Shown: positions 20,915-29,976 of the stretch, in pieces | Position numbering within the stretch: position 1 is the first letter of the stretch | Layout: the number at the start of each line of letters is the position of its first letter | Virus record (IMG/VR): IMGVR_UViG_3300037462_000677 | Location: 1 to 36,736 of that record | Direction: 5' to 3' (one strand) | DNA from: a virus | Lineage: Duplodnaviria; Caudoviricetes | Length of the DNA: 36,736 nt | Position numbers and translations under genes: made by a program | Notes under the pieces: model-generated | The model's input: the letters and a program-made list of their open reading frames with translations, nothing else | Database searches by the model: none | What the model was told of the DNA's origin: nothing

Positions 20915-22177
20915 ATGGACCTCGTCTTCGCGCCTAGCCAGGTTGAGTCCTGGCCGATTGCCCGGCTGCGCCCCTATGCCCGCAATGCCAAGATGCACGG
21001 TGACGACCAGGTGGCGAAGATCGCCGCCAGCATGGCGAAGTTCGGCTGGACCGTGCCCTGCATGGTGGCCGACGACGGCGAACTGATCGCGGGCCATGGC
21101 AGGGTGCTTGCCGCGACCATGCTCGGGCTGACCGAGGTACCGGTGATCCGGCTCAGCCATCTCGACGAGGCGGAACGCCGGGCCTACCGGATCGCCGACA
21201 ACAAGCTGACCGAACTGGGCGAATGGGATGAGGCGATCTTGCGTGACGAGATCGCAGGGCTGCTGGCCGAGGATTTCGACCTGACGCTCTTGGGCATCAG
21301 CGACGATGACCTAGACGCCCTGCTGCAGGATCCCGAGGCGCTGGGCGGGGATGGCCCGGTCGAGGGCGAGGATGACGTTCCCGAATTGCCGGTCACGCCG
21401 GTGTCGGTGCCGGGCGACCTTTGGCAGCTCGGGGCGCACCGGCTGATCTGCGGCGATAGCACCTCGGCCGATGTGGTCGAACGGCTCTTGGGTGATGTGC
21501 GCCCGCTGCTGATGGTGACCGACCCACCCTATGGGGTGGAATATGACCCCTCCTGGCGTAATGCAGCCGGGGCCGCGAAGACCAAGCGCACCGGCAAGGT
21601 TCTGAACGACGACCGGGCCGACTGGCGCGAGGCATGGGCGCTGTTTCCCGGCGACGTCGCCTATGTCTGGCACGGCGCGCTGCATGCCGCGACCGTGGCG
21701 GACAGCCTGACCGCCGCGGGTTTCGCCATCCGGTCGCAGATCATATGGGCAAAGGACCGGCTGGTCCTCAGCCGCGGCGATTACCACTGGCAGCACGAAC
21801 CCTGCTGGTATGCCGTCCGCGCCAAGGGCAAGGGTCACTGGGCCGGAGACCGCAAGCAGACCACGCTGTGGCAGATCGCCAACCGGGATCAGGATACCGA
21901 CACCGTGCACGGCACCCAGAAGCCGGTCGAGTGCATGCGCCGCCCGATCCTGAACAATTCCAGCCCCGGCCAGGCAGTCTACGAGCCCTTCATGGGTTCC
22001 GGCACCACGCTGATCGCGGCCGAGACCACGGGCCGGGTCTGTTTCGGGGTCGAGTTGAACCCGGCCTATGTCGATGTGGCTATCGAACGGTGGCAGTCGT
22101 TTACGGGTCAGGAGGCGGTACTGACGGTAACCGGCGAGACCTTCACCGCCCTGAAGGCCAAGCGGCTCGCCGCATGA
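20915..22177 (+). CDS. ParB-like domain fused to N6/N4 DNA methyltransferase (DPPY)
   Basis: LIAGHGR...RIADNK, VTDPPY, HGTQKP, YEPFMGSGTT (beta-class order). Confidence 0.92.
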   Translation: MDLVFAPSQVESWPIARLRPYARNAKMHGDDQVAKIAASMAKFGWTVPCMVADDGELIAGHGRVLAATMLGLTEVPVIRLSHLDEAERRAYRIADNKLTELGEWDEAILRDEIAGLLAEDFDLTLLGISDDDLDALLQDPEALGGDGPVEGEDDVPELPVTPVSVPGDLWQLGAHRLICGDSTSADVVERLLGDVRPLLMVTDPPYGVEYDPSWRNAAGAAKTKRTGKVLNDDRADWREAWALFPGDVAYVWHGALHAATVADSLTAAGFAIRSQIIWAKDRLVLSRGDYHWQHEPCWYAVRAKGKGHWAGDRKQTTLWQIANRDQDTDTVHGTQKPVECMRRPILNNSSPGQAVYEPFMGSGTTLIAAETTGRVCFGVELNPAYVDVAIERWQSFTGQEAVLTVTGETFTALKAKRLAA

Positions 22178-23547
22178 ACGCGCCCCTCCTGCCTGGCCGG
22201 ATCGAGCATTGGCCCCTCACCCGCCTCCGGCCCTACACCCGAAATGCCAAGACCCACGATGCCGATCAGGTCGCAAAGATCGCCGCCAGCATGGCCGAGT
22301 TCGGCTGGACCGTCCCGTGCCTCGTCGCCGCCGACGGCGAATTGATCGCGGGCCATGGTCGCGTCCTGGCCGCCGCGCAACTGGGGCTGGCCGAGGCGCC
22401 GGTCATCGTCCTGGGCCACATGACTGAGGCGCAGCGCCGCGCCTACCGGATCGCCGACAACAAGCTGACCGAACTGGGCGGGTGGGACGAGGCGCTGCTG
22501 CTCGAGGAGTTGCGCGCGCTGATGGCCGAGGATTTCGACCTCGGGCTGATCGGGATCCCCGAGGAAGAGCTGGACGCGCTGTTGAACGATGTCGACGATC
22601 GCGCGCCCATCGACGATGACGCAGCCGACGCAATCCCCGAGCCCCCGGCCGATCCGATCACCCGGCCCGGCGACATCTGGCGGCTCGGGCATCACCGGCT
22701 GATCTGCGGCGATGCGACCGACCCGGCCGTGGTGGCGCGGCTGATGGATGGGGCGCAGGCAGCGCTGATGTTCACCTCCCCGCCCTACGCCCAGCAGCGC
22801 GACTATGGCGCGGCGAAGGAAAAGGTCGGCGATTGGGATGCGCTGATGCAGGGCGTCTTCGGCTCGGCATCCGTCACCGCCGATGCCCAGCTGCTGGTGA
22901 ACCTCGGCCTCGTCCACCGCGATGGCGAGTGGATCCCCTATTGGGAAGGCTGGGTTGACTGGATGCGCGCGCAGGGCTGGCGGCGCTTCGGCTGGTATGT
23001 CTGGGACCAGGGGCCCGGCCTGCCCGGCGACTGGAACGGCCGCCTCGCGCCGTCACACGAGTTCATCTTCCACTTCAACCGCCAGCCCCGGAAGCCGAAC
23101 AAGACGGTCGAAAGCAAGCACGCGGGCGAAACCCTCGGCGGCGGCGGCCTGCGCGGGGCCGACGGCACCGTCCACCGCAAGACGGGCTACGGCAACGCGA
23201 TCCAGAGCCACCGCATCCCCGACTCTGTGTTCCGCATCATGCGCCACAAAGGGGGCTTGGGCGCGGCCGGATCGCACCCGGCCGTGTTCCCGGTGGCGCT
23301 GGTCGAGGCGGTGCTGGAGGCCTTCACCGATCCCGGCGACCTGGTGTTCGAACCCTTCTGCGGTTCGGGGACGCAGCTGATCGCCGCAGAACGCACCGGG
23401 CGGCGCTGCTCCGCTGTGGAGCTGGACCCGGTCTACTGCGACGTGGCGGTGCGGCGTTGGGAGTTGGCGACTGGGAGGAAGGCAAGTCGGACCAACGGCC
23501 ATGATGAAACTCAGACCCAGCAGCGCCGCAAACGGAAACCGGCATGA
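22174..23547 (+). CDS. ParB-like domain fused to N4/N6 DNA methyltransferase (SPPY)
   Basis: LIAGHGR...RIADNK, FTSPPY, HPAVFP, FEPFCGSGT; ATGA overlap. Confidence 0.92.
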   Translation: MNAPLLPGRIEHWPLTRLRPYTRNAKTHDADQVAKIAASMAEFGWTVPCLVAADGELIAGHGRVLAAAQLGLAEAPVIVLGHMTEAQRRAYRIADNKLTELGGWDEALLLEELRALMAEDFDLGLIGIPEEELDALLNDVDDRAPIDDDAADAIPEPPADPITRPGDIWRLGHHRLICGDATDPAVVARLMDGAQAALMFTSPPYAQQRDYGAAKEKVGDWDALMQGVFGSASVTADAQLLVNLGLVHRDGEWIPYWEGWVDWMRAQGWRRFGWYVWDQGPGLPGDWNGRLAPSHEFIFHFNRQPRKPNKTVESKHAGETLGGGGLRGADGTVHRKTGYGNAIQSHRIPDSVFRIMRHKGGLGAAGSHPAVFPVALVEAVLEAFTDPGDLVFEPFCGSGTQLIAAERTGRRCSAVELDPVYCDVAVRRWELATGRKASRTNGHDETQTQQRRKRKPA

Positions 23548-23753
23548 CCCAGTCACACCGCATGTCACTGGTCGAGGCCGCGACCAATGTGATCGTCGGC
23601 TACGCCCTCGCAGTCGGCATCCAGATCGTGGTGTTTCCGGTCTTCGGCATCCACATCGCGCTGGGCGATCAGCTGGCCATCGGCCTCGCGTTCACCGGCG
23701 TATCGCTGGTGCGGGGATATGTGCTGCGCAGGCTGTTCGAGAGATTCCGTTGA
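23544..23753 (+). CDS. Small membrane protein
   Basis: 69 aa with two hydrophobic segments; ATGA overlap. Confidence 0.75.
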   Translation: MTQSHRMSLVEAATNVIVGYALAVGIQIVVFPVFGIHIALGDQLAIGLAFTGVSLVRGYVLRRLFERFR

Positions 23754-23778
23754 CGGGAAATCCTCAGTTCTCTACCGT
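23750..23778 (+). promoter_or_regulatory. Sigma70-like promoter of the HNH moron
   Basis: TTGACG (23750-55), 17-nt spacer, TACCGT (23773-78). Confidence 0.55.
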
Positions 23779-23784
23779 TCGGTC

Positions 23785-23985
23785 AAACGAAGGCTCAGAA
23801 GTGAGCTTTGACGAGGGCATAAGCCCCGTCAGGTCGGCAGTGAAAACCCTGACGGCATCGTTGTACGGACTGCGGAACCACGAACCATCGGGTCTCGCGC
23901 AAGCATAAGCTTCCCGCCGGGGAGCGCCCCTCCAAGGCGCCGCGCATTCGCTTCTCACGAAGTTGAATGGAGACCCCTTGGATGG
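23785..23985 (+). ncRNA. Putative structured ncRNA/leader associated with the HNH gene
   Basis: At least six hand-verified stems, two hairpins sharing a GC-AUAA-GC cap, a possible pseudoknot, and a closing stem covering the SD and ATG. Confidence 0.55.
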
Positions 23986-24362
23986 GAAAGCTGTCGAATA
24001 TTCGCCGAACCAAAATGCTGGCGCAGGGCGGCCGGTGCTACTACTGCGACCTGCCGATGTGGGATCCGGAGATGGATCCTGCCGTGCCCGAATTCTGCCA
24101 GGCACCAGCCTTGCGGAAGTATCTTCGCTGTACCGCAGAGCACCTGCGCCCCCGCTCCGACGGCGGTGCCGACGCGCCCACAAATATCGTCGCTGCCTGC
24201 TGGTACTGCAACACAAGGCGGCATCACAGAAAGGAGCCACCCTCCCCGGACGCCCATCGCGCACGCGTCCGAGAGAGGATGGCAAATGGGAAATGGCTGG
24301 CAGCGCACCTGAAAGACATCAGGAGCGCTGTCGGCTTGGGTTTGAGCACCCGAAGGGTCTGA
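23982..24362 (+). CDS. HNH endonuclease (Zn-binding)
   Basis: CYYC...TAEHL..RSDGGAD...NIVAACWYCN; GGAGA 8 nt before ATG 23982 (alternative start 23967). Confidence 0.88.
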   Translation: MGKLSNIRRTKMLAQGGRCYYCDLPMWDPEMDPAVPEFCQAPALRKYLRCTAEHLRPRSDGGADAPTNIVAACWYCNTRRHHRKEPPSPDAHRARVRERMANGKWLAAHLKDIRSAVGLGLSTRRV

Positions 24363-24376
24363 TCCTGCAAACCTGA

Positions 24377-24931
24377 TCAAGGCAGCTTGTAGACCGTCCC
24401 CCTACCCTCGACCTTCTCGGCGGTGATGGGCAGACCCAGCTTCTTCTTCAGCGCCCCCGAGATGCAGCCGCGGACGGTATGGGCCAGCCATCCGGAGGCC
24501 TCGACCATCTCGGCTACCGTCGCACCCTCGGGACGCTGGAGCATGGCAATGATCTGCGCCTGCTTGGTGCCAGCGCGGATGGCGACCGCTTTCGTGGTGT
24601 CAGTTTCGTCGGGCGCCTGCACCGGTTCCGGCTTCGACTTCCGCAAGCCTGCAACGGTACTGGCCACCACCGGTTCGATCCCGACGGCCTCCAACCCGGC
24701 CTCGGTGGCGATCAGCGTGGTGCCATGGCCGTCGCCGGTTTCGCGCCACATCGGCTCGCCGCGCCGCAGGTTGGCCTCGACCTCTTCAAGCCAGCCGCGG
24801 GCAATCATCTTGCCGACGACCATCTTGGCCGCGGCGCCGACCAGCCCCTCGGGCAGCGGCAGGGCGAGGTTCCCCGGCCGGGTCGCGGCGCGGGACAGGA
24901 TCAGGGACTGGGTGTCGGACGGGGTGGTCAT
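24377..24931 (-). CDS. DUF3489-like wHTH protein
   Basis: RAGTKQAQIIAMLQRPEGAT...GWLAHTVRGCISGALKKKLGL; GGAGG RBS. Confidence 0.85.
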   Translation of the reverse strand: MTTPSDTQSLILSRAATRPGNLALPLPEGLVGAAAKMVVGKMIARGWLEEVEANLRRGEPMWRETGDGHGTTLIATEAGLEAVGIEPVVASTVAGLRKSKPEPVQAPDETDTTKAVAIRAGTKQAQIIAMLQRPEGATVAEMVEASGWLAHTVRGCISGALKKKLGLPITAEKVEGRGTVYKLP

Positions 24932-25026
24932 CAGGGCCTCCGTGGCTGTGGGCGCGCGCTGTGCGCGCCTTCTACGGAGGCAAGCCCCGTCCTCGGGCGG
25001 GGCGGCCGTCGCGCCGCGTGGGCGCG

Positions 25027-25254
25027 TCAGGCGGCGTGTTCGCCTTCCTTGAAGGCGCTGTCGGTGATCTGGCGCAGCATGCCCGCGTAGTGTTTCAGCG
25101 TGCCGACATGCCCCCAATGGATCTCGTCGGGGTGGGTCTCGAAGTGGTCGTCGCTCAGGGCCTTTAGGCGCTCCAGCATGGTGTCGATCTCGGCCTTGGC
25201 GACCATGAAAGCGTCGAGGGCCTTGGAATTGTCGGTGGCGCGGCGGGTGGTCAT
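25027..25254 (-). CDS. Small hypothetical phage protein
   Basis: MTTRRATDNSKALDAF...PDEIHWGHVG; AAGGA RBS. Confidence 0.75.
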   Translation of the reverse strand: MTTRRATDNSKALDAFMVAKAEIDTMLERLKALSDDHFETHPDEIHWGHVGTLKHYAGMLRQITDSAFKEGEHAA

Positions 25255-25365
25255 GGCAGGGTGTCCTTCGGTGAGTTGCATCGTTCTGGCGCCAACACCA
25301 TGGCTCTGTCGGGGCAATGATCGTAGGCAAATCGGAGCAATATCAGTGCTTTCTGATCGCTCCCG

Positions 25366-25581
25366 TCAGATCAGCCGCATCTCGGCCAGCGTGCGGCTGG
25401 CCGCACCCAGCTGCTCGGTCGGCAGTTCGATCTTCAGGTGCGAGAGGACGTCGGAGGCCTCGGCCGGGATCCCGCTCTCCCGCAGCGCCTGCTCGATGAC
25501 CTCGGCGATGGCGTCCGGGCGGCTCAGATCGAAGCCCTCGGGAAAGGCAGAATAGTCGATGCGGATGGTGGTCGTGGACAT
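25366..25581 (-). CDS. Small hypothetical phage protein
   Basis: 71 aa; AGGAGG RBS. Confidence 0.7.
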   Translation of the reverse strand: MSTTTIRIDYSAFPEGFDLSRPDAIAEVIEQALRESGIPAEASDVLSHLKIELPTEQLGAASRTLAEMRLI

Positions 25582-25649
25582 GGTGAAGCCCTCCTGGGGT
25601 CGGCGCGATGCGGCCTGTTGATGGGGTCAGAATCGCTCTGGAGGGGAGG

Positions 25650-25670
25650 ACAATCAACCGGCTTGATTGT
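25650..25670. promoter_or_regulatory. Palindromic operator-like site in an AT-rich divergent gap
   Basis: ACAATCAA-CCGGC-TTGATTGT. Confidence 0.45.
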
Positions 25671-25714
25671 ATTTTTCTGTTCATTTTCAATATTTTGATA
25701 GGCCCACCAGCGCC

Positions 25715-26251
25715 ATGAAGGGCATGAGCGAACGCGAGTATGCGGCCCATTCCGGCCTCTCCCGAGGCGGGGTGCAGAAGGCGCGCAAGAACGGGCGACT
25801 GGTGGTCCATGACGACGGCTCGATCAACGCCGCGGCCTCGGATGTGCGGCGGGCAGAGATGACGGACCCCGACCAGCAGCGCCGGTCGCTCGGTGGCGAA
25901 ACCCTCGCCAGCGGTGCGGGCGAGACCTCGTCCTACATCAAGGCGCGCACGCTGCTGACGGTCTATGCCGCGCAGGACAAGCAGATCGCGGTCCAGAAGA
26001 AGAAGGGAGCGCTGGTCGACCGTGCGCGGGCAGAAACGCTGGTGTTTCGCCTGGCGCGGCAGGAACGGGATGTCTGGGTCACCTGGCCCGGACGGGTGGC
26101 CGCGCTGATGGCGGCGCAGATCATGGCGGAGGTGGAACGGCAATCCGGGGCATCGGTAACGATCGAGACCGCGATCATGCAGAGGGTGCTGGAAGCCCAT
26201 GTCCGCGAACAGCTCGACGCCCTCGCCGACCTCCGGATCTCGCTTGCATGA
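25715..26251 (+). CDS. Terminase small subunit (Nu1-like)
   Basis: N-terminal HTH (SEREYAAHSGLSRGGVQKA), KKGALVDR; immediately upstream of TerL. Confidence 0.75.
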   Translation: MKGMSEREYAAHSGLSRGGVQKARKNGRLVVHDDGSINAAASDVRRAEMTDPDQQRRSLGGETLASGAGETSSYIKARTLLTVYAAQDKQIAVQKKKGALVDRARAETLVFRLARQERDVWVTWPGRVAALMAAQIMAEVERQSGASVTIETAIMQRVLEAHVREQLDALADLRISLA

Positions 26252-28250
26252 TGAGGACGATGACAACGATCTGACCGCGGGTCTCGACCTCGGCTTCGAC
26301 GGCGCCGAGGACCTGCTCCGGGTCTGGCGGCAGGGGCTGCGCCCAGATCCGAACCTGACAGTGTCGGAATGGGCGGATCAGCATCGCTGGCTATCTTCGC
26401 GGGGCGCAGCCGAACCGGGGCGGTATCGCACCGCCCGCGCGCCCTACCTGCGCGAGATCATGGATGCGCTGTCGCCCGGCCATCCGGCCCAGCGCATCAC
26501 TTTCATGAAGGCCGCGCAGGTCGGCGCGACAGAGGCCGGGAACAACTGGATCGGCTTCGTCATCCATCACGCCCCGGGACCGATGCTGGCGGTGCTGCCG
26601 AGCCTGGAACTGGCGAAGCGCACCTCGCGGGGCCGCCTTGATCCCCTGATTGCGGACAGCCCGGCGCTCCGCGAGCGGGTGAACCCGGCCCGCTCGCGCG
26701 ATGCCGGGAATTCGATGCTGTCGAAGGAATTCCCCGGCGGCATCCTGGTCCTGACCGGGGCGAACAGCGCCACCGGCCTGCGGTCGATGCCCGCGCGCTA
26801 CGTCTTCCTCGACGAGGTCGACGCGTATCCGGCCTCGGCTGACGAGGAAGGCGATCCGGTCACGCTGGCGGAAGCCCGCACCACTACCTTCTCGCACCGG
26901 CGCAAGGTGTTCATGGTCTCGACGCCCACGATCCGGGGGCTGTCGCGGATCGAGCGGGAGTTCGAGGCGTCCGACCAGCGGCGCTACTTTGTCCCATGCC
27001 CGCATTGCGGGGCGAAGCAATGGCTGCAGTTCGACCGGCTGCGCTGGGCGAAGGGAAAGCCCGAGACCGCCGCCTATCACTGCGAGGGCTGCGAGCGCCC
27101 CATCGCCGAGCACCACAAGACGGAGATGCTCGCCCGCGGCGAATGGCGAGCAACATCGGTTTCCAAGGATCCGAAGGCCATCGGTTTCCACCTCTCGGCG
27201 CTCTACTCGCCGCTCGGGTGGAAAAGCTGGTCCGACGTCGCGCGGGAATGGCTGGCGGCCCAAGGCTCGGACGAGACGCTGCGCGCCGCGCGCAACACGC
27301 TGCTTGGCGAGACTTGGGTCGAGTCGGGCGACGCGCCGGAATGGCAGCGGCTGGCGGATCGTCGCGAGGTCTGGAAGCCGGGCACCGTGCCGATGGCCGG
27401 ACTGTTCCTGACCGCAGGCGCCGACGTCCAGAGGGACCGGATCGAGGTCGATATCTGGGCGTGGGGTCGCGGCCTCGAGTCCTGGCTCGTCGATCACATC
27501 GTCATTCCGGGTGGGCCTGACGATCCGGCGGCCTGGAACAAGCTGACAGCGCTGTTGGGGAAGAGCTGGCAGCACGCCAACGGCGCCTTCATGACCGTGG
27601 CGCGGCTGGGCGTCGACACCGGGTACGAGGCCGCGGCCGTATATGCTTGGTCCCGCATGGTCGGCTTCGAACAGGTCGCCCCTCTGAAAGGCCTCGAAGG
27701 GTTCAACCGGGCGGCACCGGTCTCCGGCCCGACCTTCGTCGACGCCACCATCGGCGGGAAGCGCCTGCGCCGGGGCGCGCGGCTTTGGTCGGTGGCGACA
27801 GCGACCTTCAAAGCGGAGACCTACCGGTTCCTGCGGATTGAACGGCCCTCGGATGAAGACCGGGCGCTGGGCGTGCTGGAAGCGCCCGGCACGATCCACC
27901 TGCCCGGCTGGGCCGACACCGAATGGCTGAAACAGCTGGTGGCCGAGCAGCTGGTCACCATCCGCAACAAGCGCGGCTATGCCCATCAGGAATGGCAGAA
28001 GATGCGCGAGCGGAACGAGGCGCTGGACTGCCGGGTCTATGCCCGCGCCGCGGCGTGGATCCTCGGCGCCGACCGGTGGGACGAGGCCACTTGGCGGCGG
28101 CTGGAGGCACAAGCTGGTGTCGAAACCAGGATGCCAGCTGCCACCGCACCTGATCCTACACCGCCCGATCCGGCCCAGCCCAAGGCCGGAACCCTGACCA
28201 CGCCACGCCGGAAACGGCGGGCCTACACCCCGAACTTCATGAGGGACTGA
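26244..28250 (+). CDS. Terminase large subunit, GpA family
   Basis: VSEWAD, KAAQVGAT (Walker A variant), FLDEVD, STPT, CPHC, RNEALDC. Start TTG 26244 or ATG 26199. Confidence 0.95.
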   Translation: MHDEDDDNDLTAGLDLGFDGAEDLLRVWRQGLRPDPNLTVSEWADQHRWLSSRGAAEPGRYRTARAPYLREIMDALSPGHPAQRITFMKAAQVGATEAGNNWIGFVIHHAPGPMLAVLPSLELAKRTSRGRLDPLIADSPALRERVNPARSRDAGNSMLSKEFPGGILVLTGANSATGLRSMPARYVFLDEVDAYPASADEEGDPVTLAEARTTTFSHRRKVFMVSTPTIRGLSRIEREFEASDQRRYFVPCPHCGAKQWLQFDRLRWAKGKPETAAYHCEGCERPIAEHHKTEMLARGEWRATSVSKDPKAIGFHLSALYSPLGWKSWSDVAREWLAAQGSDETLRAARNTLLGETWVESGDAPEWQRLADRREVWKPGTVPMAGLFLTAGADVQRDRIEVDIWAWGRGLESWLVDHIVIPGGPDDPAAWNKLTALLGKSWQHANGAFMTVARLGVDTGYEAAAVYAWSRMVGFEQVAPLKGLEGFNRAAPVSGPTFVDATIGGKRLRRGARLWSVATATFKAETYRFLRIERPSDEDRALGVLEAPGTIHLPGWADTEWLKQLVAEQLVTIRNKRGYAHQEWQKMRERNEALDCRVYARAAAWILGADRWDEATWRRLEAQAGVETRMPAATAPDPTPPDPAQPKAGTLTTPRRKRRAYTPNFMRD

Positions 28251-28462
28251 TGGACCTGGAACGCATGCAGGCCCTGCTGACCTCGCTGCAAGAAGCCCGC
28301 TTCGCCGGGCTGCGCAGCGTCAGCTACGACGGCAAGACCGTGACCTATGGCTCGGATGCCGAACTGGCCGCGGCCATTCGCGATCTGGAGGGGCGCATTG
28401 CCACCGCCTCGGCCACCCCGCGCCGCCGCCGCTGGGGCACGGTCGCGACGAAGGGTCTGTGA
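28250..28462 (+). CDS. gpW-like head-tail joining protein
   Basis: 70 aa with SVSYDGKTVTY, between TerL and portal. Confidence 0.8.
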   Translation: MDLERMQALLTSLQEARFAGLRSVSYDGKTVTYGSDAELAAAIRDLEGRIATASATPRRRRWGTVATKGL

Positions 28463-29976
28463 CCATGGTGCTGGATGCCTTCCGTCAGCGCCTTGGCAGC
28501 ATCATCGGCGGGTTCGACGCGGCGCAATCCCACCGGCGCATGCGCGGGTTCCGGGCCACCCGCGCCCATGTGAACACGCTGATCGCAGCCTCGGGCGAGA
28601 CCATCACCGCACGCGCGCGCTGGCTGGTCCGGAACAACGGCTATGCCGCGAATGCGGTCGATGCCTTTGCCAATCACGTCGTCGGCGACGGGATCAAGCC
28701 TTCGTCGAAGATCGCCGATGCCGCAAAGAAGGAGGAGCTGCAGAAGCTGTGGCTGGCCTGGACCGACGAGGCCGATGCCGAGGGGCTGACCGACTTCTTC
28801 GGGCTCCAGCGCCGGGCCGCGCGCGAGGTGTTCCTGGCAGGCGAGGTCTTCCTGCGAATCCGCACGCGGCGGCCGGAGGATGGTCTGACCGTACCGATGC
28901 AGCTGCAGATGCTGCCTTCGGAAATGCTGCCCCAGGACATGACCCGCGTCCTGCCCGGTGCCGGGTCGATCCGGCAGGGCATCGAGTTCGACGGGATCGG
29001 CCGCCGCGTGGCCTACCACTTTCTGCGACGCCATCCGGGCGACCTGACCGATCCGGGGCTGGTGGGCGAGACGGTGCGGGTTCCGGCCTCGGAGGTGATC
29101 CACATCCTCGACCCGGTCGAGGCAGGCCAGTTGCGTGGCGTGTCGCGCTTCGCCGCGGCCGTGGTGAAGCTCTTCACTCTCGACCTCTACGACGACGCCG
29201 AACTCGAGCGGAAGAAGACGGCGGCGATGTTCGCGATGTTCATCACATCCCCTGCCCCGGAGACCGCGCTTGATCCCGCCGAGGACGATCTCGAGGTGGA
29301 ACCGGGCCAGGTGGTGCGCCTCGATCCTGGTGAAGACGTCACCACGCCATCCACCCCGGATTCCGGCAGCACCTATGAACCGTTCCAGTACCGCACACTA
29401 TTGCAGATCGGCGCGGCGCTGGGCGTACCTTACGGCTATCTGACCGGCGACACCGCCAAGGGCAACTTCTCGAACACCCGGATCGCGCTGGTGGACTTCC
29501 GCCGCCGCATCTCGGCCTTCCAGCATTCGGTCATGGTCTACCAGCTCTGCCGTGCCGTCTGGACGCGCTGGATGGACATGGCGGTGCTGGCAGGCGCCGT
29601 TGACCTGCCGGGCTATGCGACGGAGCGGCGGCAATACCTCGCCTGCGACTGGCTTCCGACCAAGTGGGACTGGATCGACCCGGCCAAGGATGCCGCGGCC
29701 GAGATCCTGCAGATCGAGGCGGGCCTGAAATCCCGCACACAGGCCATTGCCGAGCGCGGCTACGACGCCGAACAGGTCGACCGCGAAATCGCAGCCGAAC
29801 GGAAACGCGAGGCCGAGCTGGGCCTCGACTTCCGACGGCCGGGGTCGCCCGCGCAGGCGGCCGGTGGTGGCGCGGGGGCGGGTGATACCGAGGGCCAAGG
29901 GCAGGATCAGCAGGATGACGGCAATCAGGAAGATGATGGCGAGGACCGGGAACCCCGGCCTGCGGAGGAAGGATGA
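28459..29976 (+). CDS. Portal protein, lambda family
   Basis: RARWLVRNNGYA, GQLRGVS, NFSNTR, WIDPAKD. Confidence 0.95.
   Translation: MTMVLDAFRQRLGSIIGGFDAAQSHRRMRGFRATRAHVNTLIAASGETITARARWLVRNNGYAANAVDAFANHVVGDGIKPSSKIADAAKKEELQKLWLAWTDEADAEGLTDFFGLQRRAAREVFLAGEVFLRIRTRRPEDGLTVPMQLQMLPSEMLPQDMTRVLPGAGSIRQGIEFDGIGRRVAYHFLRRHPGDLTDPGLVGETVRVPASEVIHILDPVEAGQLRGVSRFAAAVVKLFTLDLYDDAELERKKTAAMFAMFITSPAPETALDPAEDDLEVEPGQVVRLDPGEDVTTPSTPDSGSTYEPFQYRTLLQIGAALGVPYGYLTGDTAKGNFSNTRIALVDFRRRISAFQHSVMVYQLCRAVWTRWMDMAVLAGAVDLPGYATERRQYLACDWLPTKWDWIDPAKDAAAEILQIEAGLKSRTQAIAERGYDAEQVDREIAAERKREAELGLDFRRPGSPAQAAGGGAGAGDTEGQGQDQQDDGNQEDDGEDREPRPAEEG

Noticed and set aside
23767-23780. LexA box over the HNH promoter
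   Set aside because: GTTC-N6-GTTC; spacing is one base short of the consensus.
23785-24362. IscB/HEARO element or hammerhead ribozyme
   Set aside because: The protein is only about 126 aa with no RuvC or PLMP motifs, and the RNA has no CUGAnGA core.
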